From Chrysomallon squamiferum (Eukaryota > Animalia > Mollusca), in contig CM022665.1 in the NCBI GenBank assembly GCA_012295275.1, positions 29,760,001 through 29,824,000 of the forward strand: a DNA stretch of 64,000 nucleotides, given 5' to 3'. Positions 39,946 through 53,150 of the stretch are shown here, one piece after another. Position numbers and translations under genes: made by a program. How positions within the stretch are numbered: the first letter of the stretch is position 1; the number at the start of each line of letters is the position of its first letter. The notes beneath the pieces were generated by a model. The model searched no databases, was not told the origin of the DNA, and saw only the letters and a list, made by a program, of their open reading frames with translations.

Positions 39946-40809
39946 TTACGGTAATTCTCTGATACATGAATATCCTAAATAGAACCAACAGTTTACTGGT
40001 ACATCTGGAGTGTATATCTGTAAATCTACTTTAGGTTTTAGTGTCTTTTTCTCTTCCGGCAGGTTCATTGCATATAAAACTTGTTGGTCCGTATTCATTA
40101 AAGACATTTTTAAATATCGTTCCACTGCATGTTTATAATCTTGAACAAAATCTAAATACACTTTAGTAGTTGCAAATGCCATGCCACCACCTATCCATAC
40201 AATGTTTCCTTTAAATATTGATTCCGGTTTTATTTTCATATTTACCCCTTCGTACACTTCATTCATTGCAATTCGGCTATCATTAAAATCTCTTGGTTTG
40301 AAAATCCAAAAGCGTTTATTGCGATTTACAAGATAACGAAAATATCCGACATCTAACCACGTCACATATTTCGTAGTTACATGTTTATTAAGTATTGCGT
40401 GTTCTACAACTGCATGTTTGGAATGTTGAACACACGAGTATTCAGGCACAACGGTGTTTGGATGATGTTTGGGGTATCCTTTTATTGAGTATATTGCTCG
40501 AATCCTGTCAAGCCAGCGAAATGACCACAACTCCGTTCTGTTTATGCGAATAATCTTTGTGTTATTCAGATGATTCGAACGCACGTTTGCAAATATTTTG
40601 GCAAAGTTCTCACTATCCGTGTAAAAAACAACAGGATTAAGTAAATTTTTGTAGCCGCTTGCCCAATTTAGATATAAAGCTGTATCGTGTGATTCTGAAC
40701 GACCTTTTTGGAATTTGCCTAGATTGAAATAGGCCGTCACCACGGTCACGTTTGGGTCTCCTCCCTTGTAAACCTCAATTTTAGGTAGAAATCCACCACC
40801 TATACATTT
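39946..40809 (-). CDS. HtrL/YibB-like putative glycosyltransferase, paralog B, catalytic (last) exon
   Basis: Acceptor ttttcag|AAA TGT ATA, then 287 codons plus stop, with the same motifs (TVVTAYF, WLDVG, WIGGG, NTDQQV, CWFYLGY). The first 35 aa of the track ORF are intronic. Confidence 0.85.
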   Translation of the reverse strand, partial: KCIGGGFLPKIEVYKGGDPNVTVVTAYFNLGKFQKGRSESHDTALYLNWASGYKNLLNPVVFYTDSENFAKIFANVRSNHLNNTKIIRINRTELWSFRWLDRIRAIYSIKGYPKHHPNTVVPEYSCVQHSKHAVVEHAILNKHVTTKYVTWLDVGYFRYLVNRNKRFWIFKPRDFNDSRIAMNEVYEGVNMKIKPESIFKGNIVWIGGGMAFATTKVYLDFVQDYKHAVERYLKMSLMNTDQQVLYAMNLPEEKKTLKPKVDLQIYTPDVPVNCWFYLGYSCIRELP

Positions 40810-41554
40810 CTGAAAATATAATGAGTAATGATTATTATTACATTGTTTTTGGTCTGATATCTCTGTTGTGATCATTTTAGCAGCACATTCAAATATATAT
40901 ATAATATGGGTCATATTCTCAGAATAGGGGTTTGGGTGATGTTGACATCAAATCGTTAATATCAGTTTTTTCGAATGTTCTGCTTAACTGATCATAAAAT
41001 AAAGATACATTTATAAAATAAATAAATAAATAAGCAGTCATTGTTTGATTTGTATATGTGTTGTTGTTACTGATCGAAATGTCACAAAAAACTAAACTTC
41101 CTAAGTTCAGCCGGAAAAACGTGGCGCTCTTCACTGGATAGAACATAATTACATATATGATTCTACTTGTTTAATTATACCACAGAAATATGCGAACGTG
41201 CTTTACTGTAGTCATCATATTTCCATTGTTTTTAAATGATCTACTTGCATCACAAACAAAACAACCTTTAAGAGTTATTACCAGAAATAATATATTTACA
41301 ATACTTTATCGTATGAACAAAAGTTTCATATTTTAGGGAAAGATTTTTACCACAGCGGACATTTGGCGAAAATTCGAAACTCGAATTATTCAAGTGCAGT
41401 GTGACTTCGAAACGAACCAATTTTCCTTGGAATTCGTTTAGTTTGGTTTGAGTTTCGCACACCCCTAATCACTATAAATGTACAATATACTAACGCAAAT
41501 AATCAACAATCACGTAACTAATAATCAGTATTAATTTCTACAATATTTTTATAC

Positions 41555-41656
41555 CTTCTTGGATTTTTTTGTCTTCATCTTTGTTGTTGAAATAATCTTT
41601 CTTTTACTTTTGTTTGTCTCTGTTGCTTTAATTTGTTTCTTTGTTTTTGGCGTCAT
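41555..41656 (-). CDS. Paralog B stem exon 2 (Lys/Thr-rich)
   Basis: tttttcag|ATG ACG CCA ... AAG AAG|GTATAA, 102 nt, phase 0-0, open: MTPKTKKQIKATETNKSKRKIISTTKMKTKKSKK. Confidence 0.65.
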
Positions 41657-42356
41657 CTGAAAAACAGGAAGAAAACAAGACAAAATAAATGTTCATAACT
41701 ATATGTCTGACAACAGAACATTTTTAAATACAAAAATAACCATAAGTGACACAGTTTGTTTCTACATCGTGAACTTATCTTAAGCATTCATAAGACACTG
41801 GCTCTACTATGGTTCTTTTTTGCTCCTACCATAAATACTATTATAACAGTTAATTATGTTTCTAGGTATAGTGGTTAACACAGTCGTCCGAATAGTTGGG
41901 TTTTTTTTAAGTTTTCTGGGCAGACTGTTGTTTTGTATGGCAGTCTTGATCCAGTTTATAAAATCATCTGTTGTTTCCTCCGAGTGAATTTTCTTTAAAT
42001 TGTTTTTAAAAAGCTTTTTTTCTTTCTTTTTTTTAACATGGAAGACGTTTCTTTACATTCTTTTTCCGTAACTGGTGCTATAATTTGCTGGGGATGGGGG
42101 TTCCAGACAGAAGAAAACAACAGACACACCCGTTCATACTTCGTGAATGCAGAACTGTCACACCAGTAAAACCATTACATTAGTGGATTGAATTTTGGCC
42201 TCCGGAAAACTTGTTTAAATTTATGAGTACTCGCGTTGGATTTGGGATCAACTGACCACTTTTCTTGTTGAGGCTCATTCCTATGATGAAATGAGACAGA
42301 GTAAGAGATGTTGAATATAATGTTATTTCGTTATTGAAGTGTTTTTCTTTTTTTTT

Positions 42357-42418
<62 letters not shown>

Positions 42419-43059
42419 CGAAAATGTGATTAGGTTAGGTAATTTGGTTAGGTAATTAAATGCTTCTGTCGAAAGCTACCTAATTGCCTAATATCCTTTG
42501 TTAGCAGGTATTGTTTGTCTAAAATTATGGCTACTGTTGTCTGTGAATTTGTCAAAACGTCGATGTATTATCCGTTGATGTATTTATATTTATTTCCCTT
42601 ACTGACATATTACAAGCATTAATTAAAATATTCCGAATGGTGTTAATTACAGTTTAGAATAATACCAGAAGGTTAAATTAATGTATTAAAGATATTAAAG
42701 ATAGTGTATTTCTAATTACTGGTTACATCTGGGGTCTGCCACCGTGATAGTAGTTCTGCTTTTTGTTTGTTCCTGCAACATCTGTTTCAGTTACTTCTAA
42801 TAATTATTACTGCTACTGCAACTACAGCTACTACAAATGTTATTTTTATATTGACTACGACTAGTACTACCATTATCACTGCTTTTCTTTCGTATCCTAA
42901 CTTGTTTTACTAATAATACTACCATTAATATTTCGATTAATTATAGTAATAATAATAATAATAATATTAATAATAATTTTATTTGAATCAAAAGAATCAA
43001 TAATAAGGAAGAAAAGAGTGGCTCAAATGGGTCGCTTGTCCAGTAATTAAAAGTTATAC

Positions 43060-43245
43060 CTTCTCCGGCTTTTTTGTTGTCGTCACTTTTTTTGAGGCTG
43101 AAAGCTTCTTTGTAGTAGGGTTTCGTATGATACTGTTGTTTGTTTTTGTTCTTCTCTTTTCTGCAACATGTTCTTGTTCTATCACTGTTCCGTTTGTTTG
43201 TAAACTGTTATACGACACGGGTGTAGGTAGAAATTTTGGAATGAT
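43060..43245 (-). CDS. Paralog B stem exon 1 (Lys/Thr/Pro-rich)
   Basis: Pyrimidine tract plus AAG acceptor, 186 nt, phase 0-0, IIPKFLPTP...KKVTTTKKPEK, donor AAG|GTATAA. Confidence 0.65.
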
Positions 43246-44005
43246 CTTGGGGTGGGGGGAAAAAGACAGAAAAATTATATTCAAAACAAAGAAATTAAAA
43301 AACAAATTATAATATTTATTTGGTATTGCTAAGTTCTCGGCGCATTTCTAATCCTTTGTTCACTAAATAACACTGTGTGACAAATGAAGAAAATGGAAAA
43401 GATAACGAAATAATTAAACTGTAGAGAATGCGACTTTTTTTACATGTATTTTAAATTTATTATAATTATGTAAAGCTTATAGAAATATGATGTCTAGTTT
43501 TACGATTGTAACAATAAATAAATAAATACTTTATTTTTAAATTTAATTTCATTTTGTGAAAAAAAGCCAAATTCAAATTAAATTATATCAGCTATGTATA
43601 GTGTAATAAAGGTTTGCTGCTGTATCTCAGTACGATTTTGACTGAAATATCGCACGCCTAACAACTACTCAGTCTGTCCATGTGTTACGAGGACGTTAGG
43701 CACAGGATGTCTTCGGTACGAGTTACCTATCGTGAGTATATATACTCAGTGCTGTGATAGTTGTATGTCAACCTATGTATTGAAAAGCTGTTACCGTCAA
43801 TATCGTATTTCATGTCACTAGTTTCATATTTTTTTAAATAAATAAATCAACAACACAGACATTCGAACACATATACACTCAAAAACAAAGATAACAGATC
43901 AAACACACGCACCTCAAGACAAACGTATCACACATGTGAACTCATTGTCTAATATGATTTAAAAATATAGCAGCTTAAGATGAACATTATTTGTTTTTAA
44001 CTTAC

Positions 44006-44095
44006 CTGCTTATTCCACTGATACAGAAACTGAGTGACGATTGCACTAAGAAAGAAAAATCCTATTAAATATAAAAACTTTGTTCCGTATTGCAT
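44006..44095 (-). CDS. Paralog B first coding exon (type II signal-anchor)
   Basis: MQYGTKFLYLIGFFFLSAIVTQFLYQWNKQ, 90 nt, donor CAG|GTAAGT, acceptor ttttcag at 44118-44124. Full model ~413 aa. Confidence 0.8.
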
Positions 44096-46718
44096 TGTGA
44101 CGTCTTTTCAGCTTCACCTGAAAATATAACTGATCCAGTATTTTTAATCTGCCTTCAAACCGGTTCAAGCGAGACGTTGCGCTTGTATATTTATCAGCGA
44201 CTAGTACAAATAGTTTTAAAGAATAATCCATAATGGAAGTTTTTTTTCTTCTGCTTTTCTTTTCACAGAAAATGTATTATTATAGAGCATTACTGACATT
44301 CTAGACTTGATAACCTGGTTTTCTAACACAGTATTCTGTGGAGCTAATTAAAATGTATTTATGATCGTATGCTCTGTTGGAGTGATGTAAAATGTATTAA
44401 TTGAAAAGGCTGCCGGTCACGAACAAGCAGACCTTGCCGATACTCACAGTTACAGTACATCTACTATGTTTTCGTTTGCCAGTTTAATCAATAAAAACAT
44501 CTGTGTGATTAATCACAGTACTGGTGCACAGATACTCGCCTGCTTCGGATTATCGCGAGGTGAATACGCTCTACAGTGACTAGTGATCACTTTGCGCAAG
44601 TAATTCGGTAACTGTGGGTGCCTTTCTTTTATATAGTGGCTTGGTGTATAGTTACATAGCTTTCAATGGTCTATTTGACACAAGTTACTATTATGCTATG
44701 GCGTCCTTTAACTCTTTTTTTGTATCACATATAGATGAAATAGTCAGTTGATATTTAGATTATTACCCAAGGTCATCCACAGTATTAAATAAATGTATAA
44801 ATAAATATTAGTTCTGAGTGAATGAACGAATGAATAACTAAAGCATTGCTACTGGGTCGTGTCGGTAATTAACGCAGTAAACGTGTTTTATAATTCAAAT
44901 GCGCGGATGTTTATATAAACACATTTTTCTTTTTTCTGTCGAGAGAGCGACTGTCACAGGAGGGTGGTTCCCGTTACACCTAGCAACACGCAGTGAAGCG
45001 CAGAGAAAATCAGTGCGTCAGGAGCTGGTTGTGGATGTTTAGTTGTTCTTATCAGGTGTGTTCTGATTCTCTTCCTCGCTTTGTTTTCCAGTGTAACCAC
45101 CAAACAGTTCCCAACTTTTCCTTTTTCCTTTATTTTTATTTCATTTTTTTTTTTTTTCATTATTTATCCTTTATTTCATTCTTTATTTATTTTTATTATT
45201 ATTTATTTTTAAATTATTATTGATGAATGAATGACTAGAAACTAACAGGAAGTAATTCATTAATTTTCGTTTAATTCTTTTTCTTCTTCTTCTTCTTCGT
45301 ATTATTATTATTAAGAGATTCTGTATCTGTCCTGCAAAAGCCAGAAACAGCTCAAAGCGGATACAAAACATCACAACTGAGAAAACACAAATGTCTGAAA
45401 AGAGAAACTTGAAAACAAATATATAATAATAAACAAACAAACAAACAAATAAACAAATAAACAAATAAATTAATTAATTAATTAAAATAAAATTAAACTA
45501 AATAAAATAAAATAAAATAAAACAATTAATTAATTTTTTTTAAATTTAAAAAGAATAAAATAAATTTCTTGTTTTATTTGAACCACTAAAACAAGATTAA
45601 TTTTGTTACACCACCATCAAATGAGGTATAATTTTTTCATTGAGATGCAGAACTGTTATACGTTTTCGATTAATACTCTTTGTCGTTCTGACATTTTCAG
45701 ATACAAGCAAAGCTTTGTACTCTCATCTGCAACCAGCTCACTTGCTTAGTATATCTCTCTCTGTCTTTGCCCTGCCTCAGTCTTTATCTCCCTCTTTCTA
45801 TCTCATTATTTATTTCCATCCCTCTTTCTCTGTTATATCTTATACAAACCAATCTTAAACTGAAGAGGTTAAAGGCCCAGTCATTGATAAGGTGGACGTT
45901 TTGCCCCACACTATCATACATCAACAAATTTCGTAAATTCATTATTATTCACACCTGTCTCTATATCCTGTCAAAGAAAAAAGGATTACAAATTTTATTT
46001 TATTTGCTATATAGAAGACAACACTAAATTAACTAAAAACACAACTAAAAATTATTAAATGGATCTAAAAAACACTAATAGTTTTGTTTGTCACCTTTTC
46101 CCCTGCAGCTGCAATGAAACTCAAGGGACAAAGATCAGCGTTTATTCCTTTATCTTTGCTAAAAAAACACCAAAATAAAACAAACAGTGATATTTACATT
46201 CCTTCTTAGCATACATAGTGATTTGTTTATCTTCATTTGAAAAGGTTTTTACACATAATGATTGATTGTTATTGAACATATGCATATACATTATACAAAC
46301 ATACTTTTTTTACACACATACATACACTACCACCACCATACATATGCACGCACACGCACACACACACAGACATATGCAGAATAAAGCTTGTATTTTAAGA
46401 CAGTAATAATTATTCCCTATATGTGCACATGTGTCTGTGTGTATGTATGTGTGTGAGACAAAACAGACAAATTTAAGCAATACGAATAAAACAAATTAAA
46501 AAGTCGATAGAAATAGCAATTATTTAAAAATAATATGCATTTCCAGCTTAATATTAATTTTGCAATGAAAAACAATCGAGTCAAATAATTTGCCAAGCTG
46601 TTGTATTTATTTATGTACAAAGATATACGTATACATAACCTTTATTTTAATACCACTGTAAATTGCCTGTTAGATTCTAAATAATTTTAAAAATGTATTA
46701 GTTGTTGTATAAATGTGG

Positions 46719-46819
<101 letters not shown>

Positions 46820-47888
46820 GTTTGTATGTACAGTGAAGATGTTTGTGTATTTCGTCTACAGAAGATATTCTAGTACCTCATGTTTATTTCACAATAGCCA
46901 AAATTCGGTTAAACTGATCACTGGGCAACCTTATAGACAGGAAACAGACACCAGTGTCTTTATTTCATGATATTTTCTGATTTTATGATTTCCACGGAAA
47001 AGGCAACATAAATATTTTAATTAGGTACTCAAAATAAAATGAATATGAATTTATAATACTAAAGATATTTCTTGAAAGACTTCTATGTTTGCTTAAAATG
47101 TTTCCATGATTATAAATATTGAACCAGGCAGATATGAGCAACCACAAAGGGCTATGGAGATGGGACTAGTACTACAATGATTCGTATGATTTTAGGAATG
47201 TTAATATTTGTATAATTCAACACACCAAAATGCAATATAATCCCCAATATCTTGTTAAAATTCAAATATAAAATTGTATTTCAACTCCTTATATCATACA
47301 GAAAACCAATTTATTTACAGTATAGTCGAAAATTACCTTTGGAATTGTCATAGGTAGTACAAGTGTCTTTATGTCACCATTAATAATTATAATTAAAATT
47401 AGCATCTGCTCGCCCTAGTTTATTTTAAATGTAATAATTTAATACCGACAAACAACATCTTCCAGAGCAGAAAGAGATCTTAGAACGCACAATATATAAT
47501 ATCGTTTTAACTACTGATGTTTAAATATTATTATTACATTAAGAGCTGTTAATCTTAAAAAATGCTGAAGTTTTGTCCAAACTAAACTATAATAATTTAG
47601 GTATATTTTTAATATCGGGTGTAATGAGATACATCTGAATTTCAGACATGGTTAATTGCAGCCCGAGAAACAAACCCAATATTGTATTTGGTGAATATTA
47701 ACTTAGTTTATATTACTACAAGTTGTTACTGTTCACATAATTCATAGAATTAAACATAATAAAAACACATATATACATATGTTTTACAAATATAAGTGGA
47801 CGGAAAACAAAATATTAAATTTAAAAAACTGCACTGTTAACAGTTGGGTGAATACACATACGTACACTTGTTTAAAACATGCACAACA

Positions 47889-47946
<58 letters not shown>

Positions 47947-49610
47947 CAATGACACACAAATGCATTTGGAGCCAGTATTATACAGAGATTATCATGAGGG
48001 AAAAATAAATGATTATAATAACAAATGTCGTAACAAGTGATGACGATTTGCAGGTTATGGTGATGATGTTCTTAATGGCAGTGTTTGGTTGGGTCATAAG
48101 CATATGAAAGGAAGCCTTCGTCGTTATTATTTTGGGGTGTGTGGTATCTGAAAAGTGACTTCCATCCTATGCGTAGAATTTGCGATCTAAACGAATCTCT
48201 TTCGTTCATATTCATATAGTTAAGGAGTATAAGGTAACTACTTAATCAGGCATTATTATTTTAACATATATTTCTTTACTTACTTATTTAATTTTTTGTC
48301 ATTAATGCTTATTAAATACTGGGCCTGTGTGAGCTGCCATGGCAAGTTATACATTATTTTCGTGAAGAAAAGATAGAAAGATAAAAACTGTTATCCCAAT
48401 TTGTTGTTAATATCACACTTTTTGTAATAAACAAAATAAAATTAATAGTTAATTTGGTTTTTTGTTATAATTATTTTTTTTTTTTTTTTTTTTTACAAAA
48501 CAATGCTTCGACGCTTTTAAAAATATCATTAATCTTTAAAACTTTTTCTTCACATACAAATGACCTTTTATTGTATGTACATCTAAAAATATCTATAAAG
48601 TAATTCATTTGTTTGTGGTTAAAAGTTTTTATCAGAGAATGTTGGAAAGAGTTTGAATAGTTTTATTACTTTTAAGAGCCTTTCACGCTCTACACCTGGG
48701 TCAATAAAAAAAATACTTGACATGAAAATCTTGCTCTTAGTGCATGACCCACACACCTAATTTTGGAGTTCGAGCATCAAAATGGTGAACAGATTCAATG
48801 TGAATTTTTATTTAGTATAAGGTCTAAAGTGGATATTTCAGACTGGTAGTTTTGTGATTATTTTGGCGGCCATCTTCTAAAAGCGTCTTCAGATTTTTTC
48901 TGAAATAATAGAGATCGATAAAATTGTTATAATTTTCTTGTTTTGTTTTATTTAAAATTCCGCACATGCTTATAATTTTAATAAGTTAACGATTTTAATT
49001 TATAATTTATCAATTATTATTAAAATCAAAACAGCTGGCGGAAAGAGTCTTGATTATTCGATTTTTTTTTCATTATATTCCTTCAGTAATACACCACTCT
49101 AGATAATTCAGAAAGAAAACTGACCTGAATGCTATAATTTAAAGTGATAGAAAAGCTCTGTAGCTCTGCTATTTTCGATCATTTTCTTGATTTTACTAAA
49201 TCCATAATAAATTAAATATCAGTAACTATATAACAGCATGTGCAGAATTATAAACAGAACAATAATGCGTGTTCCTAAGTAAACATGGTCCAGAGATATA
49301 GTCATTTTACCAATGTCAAATCTTTAAAGATGGCCGTTTAAAAGAAGACAAAGCTACAAATCAGAAATTTCATTCACATAATTCAGACATCACACTAAAT
49401 AAAAGGTCGACACTGGATCTCTTCATCAATTTGATACTCAAATTTGGCCTGGCTCACTGACTATTTGTTTTAATATCAATCCGCGTGATCTGCTTTTATC
49501 ATGGCGCGTTACATAAAATACTTGTTTTTAAAAATAAAACACCGTTTTGAACATTAAAAGTTTTTTGGAGGGTACTTTGTGCGCCAGATGTCAGCAGGGA
49601 AAATCAAAAA

Positions 49611-50480
49611 CTAACTTGTAACTTCTCTGTAACAAGAATATCCTAAATAAAACCAACAGTCCATCTCTACATCTGGAATATATATCTGTAAATCAACTTC
49701 AGGTTTTAGAACCTTTTTCTCTTCTGGCAGGTTCATTGCATATAAAACTTGTTGGTCCGTGTTCATTAAAGACATTTTTAAATATCGTTCCACTGCATGT
49801 TTATAATCTTGAACAAAATCTAAATACACTTTAGTAGTTGCAAATGCCATGCCACCTCCTATCCATACAATGTTTTGTTTAAAAATTGATTCCGGTTTTA
49901 TTTTCATATTTACGTCATACACTCCGTTCACTGCAATTCGACTGTCGTTAAAATCTCTTGGTTTGAAAATCCAAAAGCGTTTATTGCGATTTACAAGATA
50001 ACGAAAATATCCGACATCTAACCACGTCACATATTTCGTAGTTACATGTTTATTAAGTATTGCGTGTTCTACAACTGCATGTTTGGAATGTTGAACACAC
50101 GAGTATTCAGGCACAACGGTGTTTGGATGATGTTTGGGGTATCCTTTTATTGAGTATATTGCTCGAATCCTGTCAAGCCAGCCAAACGACCACAACTCCG
50201 TTCTGTTTATGCGAATAATCTTTGTGTTATTCAGATGATTCGAACGCACGTTTGCAAATATTTTTTCAAATGCCTCGTGATCAGTGAAAAAAACTACAGG
50301 GTTCTCCATATATTTGAATGTCTGTGCCCATTTCGTATACAAAGGTGTATCAAATGTTGCTCTGCCACCTTTTTGGAATTTGCCGAGATTAAAATAGGCC
50401 GTCACCACTGTCACATTCGGATTGCTGCCATCGTACTTTTCTAATTTTGGTAGTTTATTATTCATTTGACATCTAGCTCG
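49611..50480 (-). CDS. HtrL/YibB-like putative glycosyltransferase, paralog C, catalytic (last) exon
   Basis: Acceptor tttttag|CGA GCT AGA TGT (RARC, equivalent to RPRC in A), then 289 codons plus stop, with the same conserved motifs. Confidence 0.85.
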   Translation of the reverse strand, partial: RARCQMNNKLPKLEKYDGSNPNVTVVTAYFNLGKFQKGGRATFDTPLYTKWAQTFKYMENPVVFFTDHEAFEKIFANVRSNHLNNTKIIRINRTELWSFGWLDRIRAIYSIKGYPKHHPNTVVPEYSCVQHSKHAVVEHAILNKHVTTKYVTWLDVGYFRYLVNRNKRFWIFKPRDFNDSRIAVNGVYDVNMKIKPESIFKQNIVWIGGGMAFATTKVYLDFVQDYKHAVERYLKMSLMNTDQQVLYAMNLPEEKKVLKPEVDLQIYIPDVEMDCWFYLGYSCYREVTS

Positions 50481-51709
50481 CTAAAAAATAAAATAAAAAG
50501 TAAGAAATTATATTATTAAAAATAACGATTAGAACAGCAACAAGAATAAAGAAAGATACTGAAAACAATAAAGGAATATAATAGGCACGCTAAGTGATCT
50601 TTCACTTCAAGTTATGATGGAAATGTCCTCGCATTTTTGAATGGTCGTAAGGAAATTCAAGACATAAAATGAAACATGACGGATAAAGGTATTCTGACAT
50701 GATTAGAGGTCATGTCATGTAAATCTGTCTATATAAAAAAAGATGTGTGTTGCTCGCACGCACACACATGCAGTCTCTTTTTTCTCTCTCTCTCTCTCCC
50801 TCCCTGTAGCTCGTTCACTTCCTCCGTCTTTCATTCTCAGTTCAAAATACGGTCAAATAATGTTAGTATAATTTTCTTTTACTAAGCATCTTAACAGTCA
50901 CAGAATTTGTCACAGACTTTTTTCTCTCTCCTTTCAGGTTTATTCTGCTTTATTCGGTTTCTAAATGTGCAAACATTTCTAAATGTTTACTTTTAAATGT
51001 TCAGTGGAAACCATGAACAAGTTCAGGTTACCAAAGCGTATGATAAATTTGTATAATAACGTCTGTAAGATACGATTACCGAAATACGTGATAACCACAT
51101 TTTCCAACATAATCTGAAGTAATCTACAGTGGATATTTGATTTTAAGATGTAGTTTGCATCTTTAACGATCTTTGTATGAAGACTTTTAGTCAGTCTGTT
51201 CTTATTTGTCTTACTGGCGAAAAAAAAAAATAAGAACACTGTAAAATGTCATAGCTAGGACCAGTAGTTCCCAGATAGAGCTATTTACTATGCATTAATG
51301 CGCTTGTAAGGCCAAGAAAAAGTAATAAAGATCAAGATGATCACGTTTCTCTCTGGACAGGTTAATTTTCATTTTTTCTGATGACTATTTTATAAAGGTT
51401 TTCTCTTTTTCTGTTATTATTATCTTTCTCCTACTTCCTCTCCTCCTCATCATTGTTATCATTTATTTAATTATTTATTTAATTATTATTATTATCATCA
51501 TCACCATCATCTGTGTTATTTTTATCATAATTATTAACAGTGATTTTCGGACTGTTTTGCATACATAAATTATTTTATGCACAACATTTTTAAGAATATT
51601 AAATTCTGCAGACTATTTGTATGAGCTGCGTATAAAATAGCCTTAGATCCTGTTCTCGTATTATATTTCAAAATCCGAAATCAATTTCTGATAAAGCATT
51701 CTCAACTTG

Positions 51710-51721
51710 TATTACTATTAT

Positions 51722-51778
<57 letters not shown>
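51710..51778. repeat. (TAC)n microsatellite
   Basis: Directly visible; source of the poly-Y ORF. Confidence 0.95.
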
Positions 51779-51780
<2 letters not shown>

Positions 51781-51792
51781 AATTGATTTTAC

Positions 51793-52005
51793 CTTTATCG
51801 GTTTAGTTTTGCTGGGTTTCGTTGGAGCACTATTTCTGATTTGTGAAACTTTTGCTGAAGTGTTAATCGTTTTTGTTTCGTTACGTTCTAAAGAAGGTAA
51901 CGTAGCAAGTGATGAAACACGGATTTTTGTTGTATCGTTTATTTTATTCGTTGGCCCAAACATCGTTTGGTTCATCATTGATCTGTAGACATTTTGTACA
52001 AACCC
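51793..52005 (-). CDS. Paralog C stem exon (Thr/Ser/Lys-rich)
   Basis: gtttcag|GGG TTT GTA ... ATA AAG|GTAAAA, 213 nt, phase 0-0, open frame with N-x-S/T sequons (NQT, NDT, NET, NTS). Confidence 0.7.
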
Positions 52006-52769
52006 CTGAAACGAAGAACAAAAAATAAAAAATATATATATATTGTGTGTGTGTGTGTGTGTAATGGTGTGTTTTAGGTGAAGAGAATGTAGTTTTAAAA
52101 TGGATGGATGCGTTCAATTGTGGAGTATTTTATGTTTTATGTTGTGGGGTCTGCTCTGGATTGGTGTATAATATGTATATGCATCTGAGTGCATATCTTC
52201 TATATATGGATATGGATACGTGTTATGGTGTGGGTTTGGTGCCTCCAAATGTCTCTACAACGATTATCCTAATCGTTGACGAATGTCAACACAATCGACG
52301 ACAAATGCTGTAATCTGAGAACTACAAACAACACAACTCGTCATCTGGCAGTGCCATAATTTACATTACCAGCTGTTTTTATTTATTTATTGGTTTTTTA
52401 TTATTATTAATTTTTTTTTATTAATTTGTAGGGGTTTTTTGTTGGGTTTTTTTTGGGGAGGGATGATTGTGATATGTCTGGTTTCGTCTTTTTAAGGAGA
52501 CACCCTTTTCTGAAATAAAGGATCCTTCCTCAGCAGGATAACAGTTCACATCCCCACTGTAGCATCCTCTAAAGTGTTACGTTATTAGCATCAACCGAGT
52601 GGTCTGAAAACTCGATAATAATTCAGTATTATATTGTAAAAAATAAATAAATAAATAAATAAATAAATAAATACATTTTTAATAATCACTGTTCATCAAA
52701 AATATTTTTCATTCAGTTAAACACTGAATGCGTGCAGTGTTCTAAAAGCAGTGAAGTTATAACAGAGAC

Positions 52770-52920
52770 CAGCTCAAGTCGTCAGACTGCGGTTCTAGTG
52801 GTCTAAGGATCGATTCCTTTCCTTGGACTCATTTAGATATCTCATGTGTTCCGATCAATAACTGATACAAAAAGGAATCGTTTTATGTGTATATAAAAGA
52901 AACCTTGTTGCTAATAGTCT
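52770..52920 (+). mobile_element. Degenerate tRNA-derived SINE fragment
   Basis: A/B-box-like head (AGCTCAAGT...GGATCGATTCC) and core gtatataaaagaaaccttgttgctaa, similar to the copy at 56622 and to a widespread molluscan SINE core (from memory). Confidence 0.45.
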
Positions 52921-52925
52921 TGTAG

Positions 52926-53150
52926 AACACACATTTTATTTTAGTATATTTCACTATGTGTACATGGGTGTAAGTACTGGAAGAACATTTTATTTTACTA
53001 AATTTGACTATATGGTATATGGGTAATTGTACTGTTAGAACATTTTATTTTACTATTTTTCACTATATGTGTACATGGGTATAAGTACTGGAAGAATATT
53101 TTATTTTATTATATTTCACTATACGTTGTATATGGGTATAGGTACTGGTG
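52926..53150. repeat. ~55-58-bp tandem repeat, 4 copies
   Basis: Units aacattttatttta..tatttcactat.tgtacatgggt.taagtactgg at ~52926, 52984, 53039 and 53095. Confidence 0.85.

Noticed and set aside
40810-40914. N-terminal extension of track ORF 39946..40914 (similarly the starts of 31770..32648, 43054..43305 and 53960..54496)
   Set aside because: These lie upstream of clear splice acceptors and have no similarity among paralogs; they are intronic read-through.
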